In this document: piece after piece, positions 27,523 to 39,200 of the stretch | Layout of the letters: each line of letters begins with the position of its first letter | Position numbering within the stretch: the first letter of the stretch is position 1 | Assembly: GCA_963735185.1 (NCBI GenBank) | Contig: CAVTJV010000007.1 | Coordinates: forward strand, 872,651 to 936,650 | From: an uncultured Thermoplasmata archaeon | Lineage (GTDB): Archaea > Thermoplasmatota > Thermoplasmata > Lutacidiplasmatales > UBA184 | Length of the DNA stretch: 64,000 nucleotides | Direction of reading: 5' to 3' | Made by a program: the position numbers and the translations under genes | Notes under the pieces: generated by a model | Seen by the model: only the letters and a program-made list of their open reading frames with translations | Database searches by the model: none | Told to the model about the DNA's origin: nothing

Positions 27523-28465
27523 CCGTGAAGTGGCTGTAGGTGTGTCGGACGGTCCCGAGCGGGACGAGTTGGCGGACCGTGGGGCCCGTCGCGCCTCTCA
27601 GTTGCCGTCGCGCCGCGGTCTCCGGACGCTCCCCGGGGCGGACCGTCCCACCCGGGAACTCCCAGAGGCCCGGAAGGAGACCGGCCGGCGCTCGACGCTG
27701 GACGAGCCATCGACCGCGGTAGGCCAGAACGACGACCGCGGCCCGTACGTGCGGTCGGTGGCCGCGGACGGCGCGCCTCGGCAACGACCCGGGGTTCTCG
27801 AGCTCACGTTGCGCGCGGCACACGAAGGCGACGGGGCAGGCCGGGCAGTCCGGTCGGGTCGGCCGACAGACCGTCTCCCCGAGCTCCATGACCGCCTCGT
27901 TGAACTCGCCGGCGTCCGCGGGGGGTAGGATCGATGCGAGGGCCTCCTCGAGTCGGGCGCGGACGAGCGGGGTCCGCACGTCCCCCTCCTCCCGGGTCCA
28001 ACGGGCCGCAACCCGCCGACCGTTCGCCTCGAGCGCGACCACGGGTCGACCGAACGCGATCGCCGCGACGGCGCGGGCGGTGTACGGGCCGACGCCCGGA
28101 AGGGCCTCGAGCTCGGGCACGGTAGAGGGGAAACGTCCGTTGCGCGTCCTCGCGACCCATCGGGCCGTCGCGAGCAGGTGGTGGGCGCGGGCATAGTAGC
28201 CGGCCCCCTGCCAGAGCTTCAGTACCCGGCTTGCGGGCGCGCGCGCGAGCGCGCGAACTGTGGGGAACGTGTGGACGAACCGCTCGAAGTACGGCGCCGC
28301 TTGCGCGACGCGCGTCTGCTGCAGGAGGACCTCCGCGACCCAGACCCGGTACGGGTCCCGGTCCCGGCGCCAGGGCAGCGCCCGACGGTGCTGGCGATAC
28401 CAACGAACGAGGGTCGTCGCGAGTGCGGCCGGGAGCGGCGTCGTGGCCGTCGTAGCGGAGCGCAC
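27236..28465 (-). CDS. mutY: A/G-specific adenine DNA glycosylase MutY (HhH-GPD + NUDIX-like C-terminal domain)
   Basis: LVRWYRQHRRALPWRR...VWVAEVLLQQTRV, Fe-S cluster loop C-x6-C-x2-C-x5-C (CRPTRPDCPACPVAFVC), C-terminal LWEFPGG. GTG start at 28465, 26 aa before LPWR. The basic C-terminal tail overlaps glcD. Confidence 0.8.
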   Translation of the reverse strand: MRSATTATTPLPAALATTLVRWYRQHRRALPWRRDRDPYRVWVAEVLLQQTRVAQAAPYFERFVHTFPTVRALARAPASRVLKLWQGAGYYARAHHLLATARWVARTRNGRFPSTVPELEALPGVGPYTARAVAAIAFGRPVVALEANGRRVAARWTREEGDVRTPLVRARLEEALASILPPADAGEFNEAVMELGETVCRPTRPDCPACPVAFVCRAQRELENPGSLPRRAVRGHRPHVRAAVVVLAYRGRWLVQRRAPAGLLPGLWEFPGGTVRPGERPETAARRQLRGATGPTVRQLVPLGTVRHTYSHFTVTMYVFAGRHRGRPGAATAAERRWVTAAELGRLPLPKVTEKVVVLAEARSDRASRGSGSRRGRTPASRPKGARPRPRRAPRRGTAASRPRPRAPR

Positions 28466-28525
28466 GGACCTCGCGCGCCGGACGGAGCGGAGACTTAAAG
28501 CGGACCGGGAGTTCGAAGGCCCATC

Positions 28526-28897
28526 GTGGGCGAGCGAGCAGAGCCGGTCCGGGTGACGGACGCGACCTTCGAGCGCGAGGTCATCCGCTCGCCGCTTCCG
28601 GTCGTCGTCGACTTCTACGCCGACTGGTGCGCTCCGTGCCGGGTCGCGGAACCGCTGCTCCGGGACCTGAGCGCGCAGCTCGCCGGTCAGGTCAAGTTCG
28701 CGAAGGTGAACGTCGACGAAGCGTCCGTCGTCACGCGCTCGTACGGGATCCACATGATCCCGACGTACGTCTTCGTCCAGGCCGGGCAGGAACGGGGCCG
28801 AGAGGTCGGGTCGGTCGACCTCGTCGCGTTCCGGCAGAGCGTCCGACGGTACTTCTCGAAGACGCGGGTCAGTGGCGGAACACGCGCCAGCCCGTGA
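28526..28897 (+). CDS. trxA: thioredoxin
   Basis: WCAPC active site. Confidence 0.85.
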   Translation: MGERAEPVRVTDATFEREVIRSPLPVVVDFYADWCAPCRVAEPLLRDLSAQLAGQVKFAKVNVDEASVVTRSYGIHMIPTYVFVQAGQERGREVGSVDLVAFRQSVRRYFSKTRVSGGTRASP

Positions 28898-30436
28898 AGT
28901 ACATCGAGATCCCGTAGCGCTCGGCGGCCGCGATGACCTCGGGGTCCCGAAGGCTCCCGCCCGGCTGGACGATGGCCGCGACACCGGCGCGTCCCGCGAC
29001 CTCGACCCCGTCCGGGAACGGGAAGAACGCGTCCGATGCGAGGACCGAGCCTTTCGCCCGGTCGCCGGCGACCTCGCACGCGAGCTCGGCCGCCTTGACG
29101 CGCGTCGGTTGACCCGAGCCGACCCCGACGGTCGACGCCCCCTGGACCAGGACGATCGCGTTCGATTTCGCGTGCCGAACGACGCGCCAGGCGAAGTCGA
29201 ACGCCTGTAGCTGTTCGGGGGAGGCCTCGGGCCCGGTGACGTGTTTCAGGTCGGTGGGGAGCAGCTGCCGCACGTCCACTTCCTGGAGCAGGAGGCGGCC
29301 GAGGGAGCTCTTCGCCTCCCAGCGACCGGCTTCGAGGGTCGGCGGGTCGGTCTGGACCAGCTTGACCTTCGCCCTCCGTCCGAGCGCTTCGAGCGCGGTC
29401 GGGTGGAACGCCGGGGCCGCGAGCAGGTCGACGAAGACGCCTTTGAGCGTCGCCGGGTCGTCAGGACCGAGCGGCCGGTTGACCGCGACCGCGCATCCGT
29501 ACCGCGCGACCGGGTCGGTCGCGACCGCCTTCTGGAGCGCTTCCGCGAGCGTGGCTCCCGAAGCGACGCCGCACGGGGTGGCGTGCTTCACGACCGCGGC
29601 GGACGGGGCCGTGAACTCGCCGACCGTCGAGAGGGCGGTCTCGATGTCGAGCAGGTTGGTGAACGAGAGCCCCTCCCCTTTCAGCACGGTGAACGGCCTC
29701 GGAGAGAGGCCGGCTCGGGCGGAGCCGCGGCGCCGTAGACGGCGGCCTTCTGATGCGGGTTCTCGCCGTACCGAAGACGGACCGGCACCCGACGGAAGAC
29801 CACCTCCTCGGGGAACGTCTCCGCGCTCGCGCCCGCGCGGCCGAGGCCCCGGGCGATCGCCGCGTCGTACGCCGTGCATCGTTCGAACGCCCGGACGGCG
29901 AGCTCCCGCCGGGTCGTCGCGCCGACCGTGCCCCCATGGGAACGGAGCTCGGCGAGCAACGGACCGTACTCCGAGGGGTCAGAGACGACCGTGACCCACG
30001 CGTGGTTCTTCGCGGCGGCCCGCGCGAGCGTCACCCCACCGATGTCGACGAACTCCTCGAGGTCGTCGGCGCCCGGGTGCTCGGCGAGGTGCCGCTCGAA
30101 CGGGTAGAAGTTGACCGTCACAAGGTCGAACGGGAGGAGGCCCCGCTCGGCGAGCTCCTTGCGACCCGCCTCGGTCCGAGGTGCGAGGATCCCCCCGAGA
30201 ATGCCCGGGTGCAGGGTCTTGACCCGTCCTCCGAACCACGCGGCGATCCCGGTGAGCTCCTCCGCCGGCCGCACGGGGACCTGCTCCTCGGTGAGCGACC
30301 GACGGGTCCCCCCCGTCGCCCACAGCTCGACCCCGAGCTCGGCGAGGCCACGCGCGAACATCGTGAGGCCCGACTTGTCATCGACCGAAAGGAGCGCCCG
30401 CTCGATCCGGGTCCGAGACGACTGTTCGGCCGCCAC
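28869..30436 (-). CDS. purH: bifunctional AICAR formyltransferase / IMP cyclohydrolase PurH, interrupted by a frameshift near 29690-29715
   Basis: N-terminal MGS/IMPCH domain ORF (29681..30436, ...RYGENPHQKAAVY) and AICARFT domain ORF (28869..29879, ...KGEGLSFTNLLDIETAL...ASDAFFPFPDG...FTGWRVFRH) align colinearly with E. coli PurH. The shift falls in a ctctctcc run. Confidence 0.85.
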
Positions 30437-30590
30437 CCGCCGTACCCGGAACGGGGAGGGAGGCTAAGAGATAAGATTCGCGTCGGCGGGCCTTCCGTGC
30501 GGGTCCGACCCCAGAGTCGACGAAGACCGGCCCATCGCAAGTATTAATACGCCTCCGCCAGCTAAAATCATCTGTTCTAGGCGAGGACGA

Positions 30591-31556
30591 GTGCCCGCGA
30601 TTCCTATGCCGCACGCTCATCGATCGGCCGGGGCGCACGCCACCCGACCACCCCGACGGACCGCCCGGGCGGGTCGAAGGGCGTGGCGTATTCGGTCCCG
30701 CCGAGCCCAGGTGTCGGCGGTGGCCGTGATCCTCGGTCTTCTCCTCGTGGTGACGTTCATCGCAAACTACCTCACGACAGAGTTGCCGAACACGATGGCG
30801 CAGAACGACCTACAGCACGAGGTCACGGTCCAGAACCAGGTCGCTCAGCTGAGCGCGCTCGTCGAGCGCGTCGCCGAAGCCCGAGCGGTCGGCGCCCAAG
30901 TTTCCCAACCCGTGACCCTCGGGTCCCCTTCGTCTCCGCCGTTCGCCGGCCAGGATGCCGCTACGATTTCGGGAGGGAACGTGTCGGCGAACATGGGCGT
31001 CACCTTCACGCTGACCGGGCCGACGACGTTCCGGGTCCCGACCGGAAGCGCGTCCGTCCTGGTGCAGCTGCACAACACCTACGCTCCCTCCGGGGAGGTC
31101 TCCCTCGACCAAGGGGCGGTGGTGTACGCGCAGCCGGGGGCCAGTCCGATCTTCGTCGTGGTCCCGCGGATCTCGCTGGTGAACGGAACGCTCTCGATGC
31201 TGGTGCCTCAGTTCGTGGGAAGCGTCGGATTCGAAGCGGGGGTCGGGACCGCGGACGTCAGCCTGCGGCTCCTTTCCGCGCAGGTGGTCAAGATCCCATC
31301 GAACGGCGCCTCTCTCAGCGGTGCGACGCCGGTCACCATCACGATCAAGACCCCGTACGCCGCGGCCTGGTACGCGTACTTCCTCGGCTATGCGGGGCTC
31401 TCGACCGACGTTACGTGCACGGGACCCAGCAACGTGTGCAGCCCGACCTATCTTTACCAGCCGGGCGGCCCTCTCGGCACGGTGACGCTAAGCGTTCCGA
31501 CCGCGGGACTCAGCCTCGCCATGCTCGTCGCCCTCTACTCGGTCACGATCGAATAG
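30591..31556 (+). CDS. membrane-anchored secreted protein with archaeal class III (type IV pilin-like) signal peptide
   Basis: ...RSRRAQ|VSAVAVILGLLLVVTFIANYL resembles the KG/RA-Q-hydrophobic prepilin-peptidase site. Rest is S/T/G/V-rich beta-type ectodomain with sequons. True start probably downstream of the listed ATG. Confidence 0.5.
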   Translation: MPAIPMPHAHRSAGAHATRPPRRTARAGRRAWRIRSRRAQVSAVAVILGLLLVVTFIANYLTTELPNTMAQNDLQHEVTVQNQVAQLSALVERVAEARAVGAQVSQPVTLGSPSSPPFAGQDAATISGGNVSANMGVTFTLTGPTTFRVPTGSASVLVQLHNTYAPSGEVSLDQGAVVYAQPGASPIFVVVPRISLVNGTLSMLVPQFVGSVGFEAGVGTADVSLRLLSAQVVKIPSNGASLSGATPVTITIKTPYAAAWYAYFLGYAGLSTDVTCTGPSNVCSPTYLYQPGGPLGTVTLSVPTAGLSLAMLVALYSVTIE

Positions 31557-31929
31557 ATCGTGGGTACTCCGACCCGATGCGGACGGGACCGCTGCCGCCC
31601 GGTGGCTAGGTTCGTCCGGGAGTTCGGGGCTCGCGGAGCCATGCCTTCGCGCCCAACAACGTTCCCCAGGTCCGCCGCGGGACGAGGCCGACCTCGTTCG
31701 GTCCGGCGGGCGCCGCGCTCCAGACCGCCCGGGCGCGCAGAGCGGCGAGGTGGTCGACCTCGACCACCGCGCGTCGCCCCTCCGCCCGGATGACCCGCAA
31801 CCGTCGCACGGGGACTCCCGCCGAAGCGAGCCGCTCCGCGAGAAGGCTCTCCCACGCGCGGGGGGAGAGGGAAGGAAGGTGTTCCCCCGCCACCTCGATG
31901 CCGAGGTAGCGGGGCCGGAGCCGGGGGGC

Positions 31930-33063
31930 TTACCGGACGAGGTCGATGACTTCCTCGGACTCACCGGCCGCGTAGCCTCCCTTCTGACCGAGGAGGCTCT
32001 GGGCGCGCACGCCGGTGATGATGAGGAGCACCTTGATGGTGTTCTCCATCTCGGGGGAGTTCTCGACCGAGCAGCCCCAGATGATTCGAGCGCGCTTCGA
32101 GATCTTCCCGCCGACCAGCGCCGCGGCCTTCTCGGCCTCGCTGACCGTCATGGTCGGACCGCCGATCACGCGCACGAGGGCGCCGGTCGCGTCCTTGAGC
32201 TCGACCGAGCCGAGCAGGGGGGAGGTGAGCGCCTCGGTGACCGCTTCGGTGACCCGGTCGGTCGCGCTCTCGCTCTCGCCGAGCCCGATGAGCGCGACGC
32301 CGCCGTCCTTCATGACCGTCAGGATGTCGGCGTAGTCGAGGTTCACGAGGCCGGGCTTCGTCACGATCTCCGTGATGCCCTTGATCGCGGTCATCAGGAC
32401 CGCGTCCGCGAGCTTGAACGCGGAGTCGAGGGGCATCCGGGGGACGAGCTCGAGGAGCTTGTCGTTCTGGATGACGATGGTGGTGTCGCAGACGCGGCGC
32501 AGGCGCTCGAGCCCGTCGCGAGCCTGCTCCATGCGCGCGGCTCCCTCGCCGGCGAACGGGAGGGTGATGACGCCCATCGTGAGCGCGCCCGCTTCCTTCG
32601 CGAGCCGAGCGACCAGGTGCGCGGAACCGGTCCCGGTCCCGCCGCCCATGCCCGCGGTGATGAAGACGATGTGCGCGCCGGTCACGAACTGGCGCAGCTC
32701 CTCCTCGTTCTCGCGGGCCGCCTCTTCGCCGACCTCGGGGCGGGCACCGGCGCCGAGACCCTTCGTGGTCCGGCGACCGATGAGGATCTTGCGGCCGGAG
32801 TGGATGCTCAACAGGTGTTTCGCATCCGTGTTGATGGCGCACATCTCGGCGCCCTGGATGCCTTCCTCGACGCAGCGGTTGATCGTGTTCGAGCCGCCAC
32901 CGCCGCATCCGACGATGCGGATGTTGACCTTGAGGGTCTCCGCCAGCTTCGTCAGCTCAGCGTCGTCCTGGCTGGCATAGGCTGGCGCGGTCGGCTTCTT
33001 CTCTTCGACCAGGGCCTGGTTTTCCTGGTGCTTCGCGATCGCTTCCTGAATGATGGACTTCAT
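31930..33063 (-). CDS. ftsZ: cell division GTPase FtsZ
   Basis: Tubulin signature GMGGGTGTG and T7 loop, 377 aa. Confidence 0.95.
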   Translation of the reverse strand: MKSIIQEAIAKHQENQALVEEKKPTAPAYASQDDAELTKLAETLKVNIRIVGCGGGGSNTINRCVEEGIQGAEMCAINTDAKHLLSIHSGRKILIGRRTTKGLGAGARPEVGEEAARENEEELRQFVTGAHIVFITAGMGGGTGTGSAHLVARLAKEAGALTMGVITLPFAGEGAARMEQARDGLERLRRVCDTTIVIQNDKLLELVPRMPLDSAFKLADAVLMTAIKGITEIVTKPGLVNLDYADILTVMKDGGVALIGLGESESATDRVTEAVTEALTSPLLGSVELKDATGALVRVIGGPTMTVSEAEKAAALVGGKISKRARIIWGCSVENSPEMENTIKVLLIITGVRAQSLLGQKGGYAAGESEEVIDLVR

Positions 33064-33353
33064 CGTTCTATCTCCGCCACGTTTGTCGGACGAGCGTCAT
33101 ACGCTCTGGACAAGCAGTTTGGAGAATGATAGATAAACGTTTGCGTAGAGCGGAAGCTCTCGGTGAATTCTCCCCGGTGATAACCGCGCGACGACGCGCG
33201 CTCCACGAGCCGGACGCGGATCGACCGTCGTTGCGCTGCGGAGCCGACGGCCCGCGAGAGCGGCCCGCTCGACGGGGAATCCCGTGGCAAGCCTCGCGCG
33301 TCGGAATACGTTCACCGCCTCCTTATCCGAGAAACACGGTTGTCCGGAACAGC

Positions 33354-34169
33354 GTGACCGCGTCGGTCGGTTTCCCCCCGGCGTCGACGAGCTCGTCCGA
33401 CGAAGCGCGTCCGCCCGAATCGAAAGTCACGGGCCCGTCGCCGGCGGTCTCGGTCCATCACCTCGGGAAGAAGTTCGGGGAGGTGACGGCGCTCGCGGAC
33501 GTCACGCTGGAGGTCTTCCCGGGCACGGTCCTCGGTCTCTTGGGACCCAACGGCGCCGGCAAGACGACGCTGATCCGGATCCTGCTCGGCCTCACGCGGC
33601 CCACGACGGGCGACGCCTCGATCTTCGGCCAGCCCGTGGACCAACGGAGCGCCCGAGCGCGGGTCGGCTACATGCCCCAGGACCTCGCAGTCTACACTGA
33701 CCTCACGGTCGAGGAGAACCTCGCCCTCTTCGGTCGCCTGTACGGCCTGGGCGGAGAGCGCCTCCAAGCCCGGTCCCGGGAGGTCCTCGCCCTCGCTCGC
33801 CTAACGGAACGTCGCCGAAGCCTCGTCGCCGAGCTCTCGGGAGGGATGCGCCGCCGGGTCTCGTTCGCGGCCGCGCTGCTCCCCGACCCGGACCTTCTCT
33901 TGCTCGACGAGCCCACGGTCGGGGTCGACCCCGAGCTGCGGTCGGAGTTCTGGGAGTACTTCCGCCGTCTGACGGAGAGCGGGAAGACGATCGTCCTGAC
34001 CACCCACTACCTTGAGGAGGCGAACCGAGCGGACCGAGTGGTCTTCCTGCATGCCGGGATGATCCTGGCGACGGGCTCGCCCACGGAGGTGAAGGCCCGC
34101 ACCGGTGCCTCGACCCTCGAGGAGACGTTCCTCCGCCTGGTGCGCGCCCGGACGGGAGGGTCGGGGTAG
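33354..34169 (+). CDS. ABC transporter ATP-binding protein
   Basis: Walker A GPNGAGKTT, signature LSGGMRRR, Walker B LLLLDEP. Start taken at GTG 33354; the ORF track begins at 33126. Confidence 0.85.
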   Translation: MTASVGFPPASTSSSDEARPPESKVTGPSPAVSVHHLGKKFGEVTALADVTLEVFPGTVLGLLGPNGAGKTTLIRILLGLTRPTTGDASIFGQPVDQRSARARVGYMPQDLAVYTDLTVEENLALFGRLYGLGGERLQARSREVLALARLTERRRSLVAELSGGMRRRVSFAAALLPDPDLLLLDEPTVGVDPELRSEFWEYFRRLTESGKTIVLTTHYLEEANRADRVVFLHAGMILATGSPTEVKARTGASTLEETFLRLVRARTGGSG

Positions 34170-35258
34170 ATGGCCCTCGGCCGCACTCTCGCGGTCGCGC
34201 GGAAATCGCTCGGACAGCTCGCGCACGACCGGCGCACGGTCGTGTTCGTGCTGGTCGTCCCGCTCGTGCTGATGCTCGTCTTCGGCTACGGGTTCGGAGG
34301 ACAACCGACCCACATTGCGACCGTCGTCGTCAACCAGGACCGGGGCCCCGCCGGGGCGGCGCTCCTGGCCGCGCTTCCGGGCGGCGTGCTCGACCTTACG
34401 TCGTCCGGGAGCAACACGAGCGCCTGGTCGACCGTGAACTCGGGGAGCGCGTGGGCCGCGATCGTCATCGGACCGAACTTCACGGCGATGGCGAGGACGG
34501 GCACCGCGTCGGTCACCCTCTACCTAGACGGGACCTCCCCGACGATCGCCGCCGCGGTCGTGAGCGCGGTCGAGACGGCCCTCGAGCGGGCGTTTTCGGG
34601 GAACGGTTCCGCGACCCCCGTCCGGCTCTCCTCGGAGTACGTCTACGGGTCGTCGAGCACGCCGTTCATCGACACGATCGCCCCGGGGATCATGGCGCTC
34701 GCCATCCTGTTCATCACGACCGTGCTCTCGATCATCGTGCTCGTGCGGGAACGCTCGGCCGGTCTTCTCGAGCGTCTGTTCGCCTCGCCGCTCCGCCCGG
34801 CGGAGTTCGTGGCGGGGCATGCGGTGGGCCTGACCGTCGTGGTCCTCGGCCAGGTCGCGGTCCTGTTTGTCTCGGCGCTCGTGATCTTCCACGCGACGTT
34901 CGCCGGCAACCTCCTGTTCGCGTACGGCGTCCTTCTCCTGTTCGGTGTGGGGAACCTCGGCCTCGGTATGCTCCTCTCCGCCGCCGCCCGCAGCGAGTTC
35001 CAGGCGATCCAGTTCATTCCGCTCCTCCTGATCCCGCAGATCCTCTTCGCTGGCGCCCTCTTCCCGATCGAGGCGATCCCGGTCTCGTTCCGCCCGATTT
35101 CGGACATCCTGCCCTTGACGTACGCCGCGCGGGCGCTCCAGGACATCCTGCTCCGGGGATGGGGCGTGGCCGGCGTGGCGGTCGACCTCCTCGCGCTCGG
35201 GATCTACGCGGCGCTCATGCTGGGCGGAGCCATGGTCCTCGTCCGGCGCCAAGCGTAG
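34170..35258 (+). CDS. ABC-2 family transporter permease
   Basis: One N-terminal TM, large periplasmic loop, then about 5 TMs. Start abuts the ATPase stop. Confidence 0.85.
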   Translation: MALGRTLAVARKSLGQLAHDRRTVVFVLVVPLVLMLVFGYGFGGQPTHIATVVVNQDRGPAGAALLAALPGGVLDLTSSGSNTSAWSTVNSGSAWAAIVIGPNFTAMARTGTASVTLYLDGTSPTIAAAVVSAVETALERAFSGNGSATPVRLSSEYVYGSSSTPFIDTIAPGIMALAILFITTVLSIIVLVRERSAGLLERLFASPLRPAEFVAGHAVGLTVVVLGQVAVLFVSALVIFHATFAGNLLFAYGVLLLFGVGNLGLGMLLSAAARSEFQAIQFIPLLLIPQILFAGALFPIEAIPVSFRPISDILPLTYAARALQDILLRGWGVAGVAVDLLALGIYAALMLGGAMVLVRRQA

Positions 35259-35315
35259 GGGGCTCGGCGTCGCCGCCGAGAGCGTTATCCGAACCGACCG
35301 GGTCCGGCGTTCCGG

Positions 35316-36119
35316 ATGGGTCGCGAACGAAAGCAAAAGCCCCGGCGAAGCCGGGCGACGGGTTCAACCGGGTACGTCCGTCACAACCGCGCCGTTTGGG
35401 ACCGGGAGAGCGTGGGGTACGACCGTCGGTTCGCGCGTGTCCTGGGCGGGGCGTCCGCCACCGCATGGGGGTTGTTCCGGGTACCGGAGAGCGAGCTCGT
35501 CCTCCTTGGGAACACGCGGAGGAAGTCGATCCTCGAGCTCGGTTGCGGTGCGGCCCGCTGGTCGATCGCGCTCGCCCGCGCAGGGGCCCGGCCGACGGGT
35601 CTCGACCTCTCGTCGGTCCAGCTCGCGAAGGCCCGAGAGCTCCAGCGGGAGTCCAAGGTCCGCTTCCCCCTCGTGCGCGCCAGCGCGGAACACCTCCCTT
35701 TCCGGGACGGCGCGTTCGACCTCGTCTTCTGCGATTGGGGAGCGATGACGTTCGCGGACCCGATGCGGACCGTGCCCGAGTGCGCCCGAGTGCTCCGACG
35801 CGGCGGAGGGTTCGTGTTCGCGGCCGCGAGCCCGATCCGCTACGTAACGCTCGACCTGCCGAAGGACCGGCAATCCCGTCGCCTGATCCGGCCGTACTTC
35901 GGGAACCGCCGCTTTGACGTGGGGAGGCCCGCAGCGGTCGAGTTCACGCTGCCGTACGGAGGGTGGATCGGCCTGTTCCGGAGGAACGGCCTCACCGTGG
36001 AGCGGCTGGAGGAGACGCGTCCGGCCCGCGGCCGGCGGTCGAGGTATCTCTCCCGTGCCGATGCGAATTGGGGCCGGTCTTGGCCGCTTGAGACGATCTG
36101 GAAGCTGCGCAAGGAGTGA
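35316..36119 (+). CDS. class I SAM-dependent methyltransferase
   Basis: Motif I ILELGCGAARWS, post-I D, motif III VLRRGGGFVF. Confidence 0.75.
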   Translation: MGRERKQKPRRSRATGSTGYVRHNRAVWDRESVGYDRRFARVLGGASATAWGLFRVPESELVLLGNTRRKSILELGCGAARWSIALARAGARPTGLDLSSVQLAKARELQRESKVRFPLVRASAEHLPFRDGAFDLVFCDWGAMTFADPMRTVPECARVLRRGGGFVFAAASPIRYVTLDLPKDRQSRRLIRPYFGNRRFDVGRPAAVEFTLPYGGWIGLFRRNGLTVERLEETRPARGRRSRYLSRADANWGRSWPLETIWKLRKE

Positions 36120-36230
36120 GCTACCCCGGGCTCGACGCGGACGCGCGACCGCTTCGATTCGTCGTTTCCCGCGACGGGGAGGAGCGACGGGAGCGCGCGA
36201 GTTTATGACCGCGCACTCTCTCGCACGTTC

Positions 36231-39200
36231 GTGGAGTCGTATTTTCGTTCGGTCGAGACCGAGGTCGACCGCGCCTACGCGGTCGCGGAGCAGGCCCGAC
36301 ACTCCGGTTACGACCCCGAGGTAGTTCCTGAGATCCCGCGTGCCCAGGACATGGCGATGCGCGTCGAGAAGCTCCTCTCCCACCTCGGGATTGAAGGGAT
36401 CTCGACCGAGATCCGTGCGCTCTCCGCCACGATGCCGCGCGAGGAGGTCGCGCTCACTATCGCCCGCCGGATCGCACGCGACCCGGCCCGGGGCGACTCG
36501 GTAGCGGTGCGCGTAGACGCGGCGCTCCGGGTCGGCCTCGCGATCCTGACGGAGGGGATCCTCGTCGCTCCGCTCGAGGGGCTGGCCGAGGTCCATGTGC
36601 ATGAGGACCGGGAGCATGGTCCGTACATCGAGCTCTACTACGCCGGCCCGATCCGGGCCGCGGGCGGCACCGCCCAGGCGTTGAGCGTGCTGCTCGCCGA
36701 CGTCGTCCGCCGGGACCTCGGTCTGGCCGCGTTCCATCCGGACCCGGGGGAAGTCGGACGGTACAAGGAGGAGATTCCGCTCTACAAGTACCATCAGCAT
36801 CTGCAGTACGTTCCCACCCCCGAGGAGATCGACCTCGTCGTCCGGCACGTCCCCGTGGCGATCTCGGGGGAGGCGACCGAGGGGGACGCCGAGGTCAGTG
36901 CGTTCCGGAACCTGCCCCGCGTCCCCACGAACGGGATCCGCGGGGGGGCATGCCTCGTCATCGCCGAAGGGCTCTGCCAGAAGGCGGCGAAGCTCCGGAA
37001 GATCGTCGAGAAGCTCGGGCTCGACGGCTGGGAGTTCCTCTCCGAGGTCGGTCACAACACCGCCGACGAGGAGGAGGCCCGGACGCCGAAGTACCTCCAG
37101 GACTCGGTCGGGGGCCGGCCGGTGCTCGCCCACCCGAACCACCCCGGGGGCTTTCGGCTCGTCTACGGCCGGGCCCGTACGACCGGGCTCGCGGCGTGCG
37201 CCATCAATCCGGCGACGATGGTGCTCCTCCAGAACTTCGTCGCGATCGGGACCCAGGTGAAGCTCGAGTACCCCGGGAAGGCGACGGCGATGGGGGTCTG
37301 CGACACGATCGAGGGCCCGATCGTCGAGCTGGATGACGGAACGGTAACGGCCGTCCACGACCTCGCCCGAGCGGAGGAGCTCCGTTCGCACGTGCGCAGG
37401 ATCATCGACCTCGGCGAGATCCTGGTCTCGTTCGGGGAGTTCCTCGAGAACAACCGGCCCCTGGTCCCCGCGGGATACTCCCTCGACTGGCACCTCGAGG
37501 AGCTCCGGGCGGTGGGAGCCACGGAAGCCGAGGGGATCGCCGTCACCACGTACGAGGACGCCGTACGAATCTCCCAGACGTACCGGGTCCCTCTCCACCC
37601 TCGCTGGCTCCTCTTCTGGCACGACCTCACCCCGGCCGAGGTGCGGGCGCTCGGGGAGTTCGTCGAGCGCAGCGGCCAATGGGTCGATGGGGCGCTCGTG
37701 CTCCCCGCAGACCCGCTGTGGCGGGAGGCCCTGGTGCGGCTCGGCTTCCTCTTCTCTCCGGTGGGCGGGGACGACCTTCGTGGAGAGGCCGACGCGTCGG
37801 CCGCGCTCGTCGGGGGCCTCGGTCTCGCGCCGGAGGGGGAGCTCCTGGTCCGTCGTACGCCGCTCGACCCGGTCGAGGAGGACACGCTCGCCTACGTGAG
37901 CCGTCTCGCCGGGGTCCCGGTCCGCGCCCGAGGACCGTCCCGGGTCGGCGGCCGCGTCGGCCGCCCGGAGAAGGCGTATCACCGGAGCATGCAACCGAAC
38001 GTCCACGGGCTCTTCCCCGTGGGGACGGCGGGGGGCGCGAAGCGTTCGCTCCCGGTCGCGGCCCGCCAGACGATGCGCGAGGGAGTGAAGGTCGACCTCG
38101 GGGTCCGGAGCTGCCCGGCGTGCGGTCGCTCGACCGTCTGGACCCGGTGCCCGTGCGGGACCCATACCGAGCCGACCGGGCGAACGATCTCCGAACCTCT
38201 GCCGATCGCTCGTCTCTGGAGCGATGCGCTCGAGCGACTTCACCTCGGCAAACCTCCGGAGGTGAAGGGGGTCAAGGGGCTGACGTCCCCGGGGAAGGTG
38301 CCGGAGGCGATCGAGAAGGGGATCCTCCGTGCCTCGCATGCGATTTCGGTCTACCAGGACGGCACCGCACGGTTCGACCTCACCGACCTGCCGCTCACGC
38401 ACTTCCGGCCCGCCGAGATCGGGACGGATATCGCGACCCTCCAACGACTCGGGTACACCCGAGACTGGTCCGGCGCTCCGCTGACCGACGACGAGCAGCT
38501 GGTCGAGCTCCTCCCCCAGGACCTCATCGTTTCCCGTTCGTGCGGGACGTATCTCACCCGTCTCGCCCAGTTCGTGGACGACGAGCTGGTCCGTCTCTAC
38601 GACGGCGAGCCGTTCTACCGGGCCGACCGTCCGGAGCAGCTCGTCGGCCAGGTCGTCGTGGCGCTCGCGCCCCACACCTCGGGAGGGGTCGCCGGCCGCC
38701 TCCTCGGCTTCACGAACGCGGAGGCGTGCTTTGCGCACCCGGTCTTCCACGCGGCCAAGCGCCGGAACTGCGACGGCGACGAGGACTCGGTAACGCTCCT
38801 CCTCGATGCGTTGCTCAACTTCTCGCGGTCGTACCTGCCCGATAGCCGGGGCGCGCTCATGGACAAGCCGCTCGTCCTGACCACCCGCCTCGAGACCACC
38901 GAGGTCGACAAGGAGGCGCACAACGTCGACGTGTCGAGCCATTACCCGCTCGCGCTCTACCGGGCGGCGGCCGAGCGGCGGGACCCGAAGGAGGTCGAGC
39001 AGCTGCTCGACCTCGTCGGTCATCGCCTCGGTTCTGCCCGCTCGCTCTCGGGGTACGGGTTCACGCACGACACGCATCGCATCGCGGGCGGACCCTCGCG
39101 CTCCGCCTACCGCGAGGGGCGGCCGATGGCGGAGCTCGTCGAGCGGTCGATCGTGCTCGCCTCCCAGATCCGGGCGGTCGACCTCGCCGAGGCGGTCACC

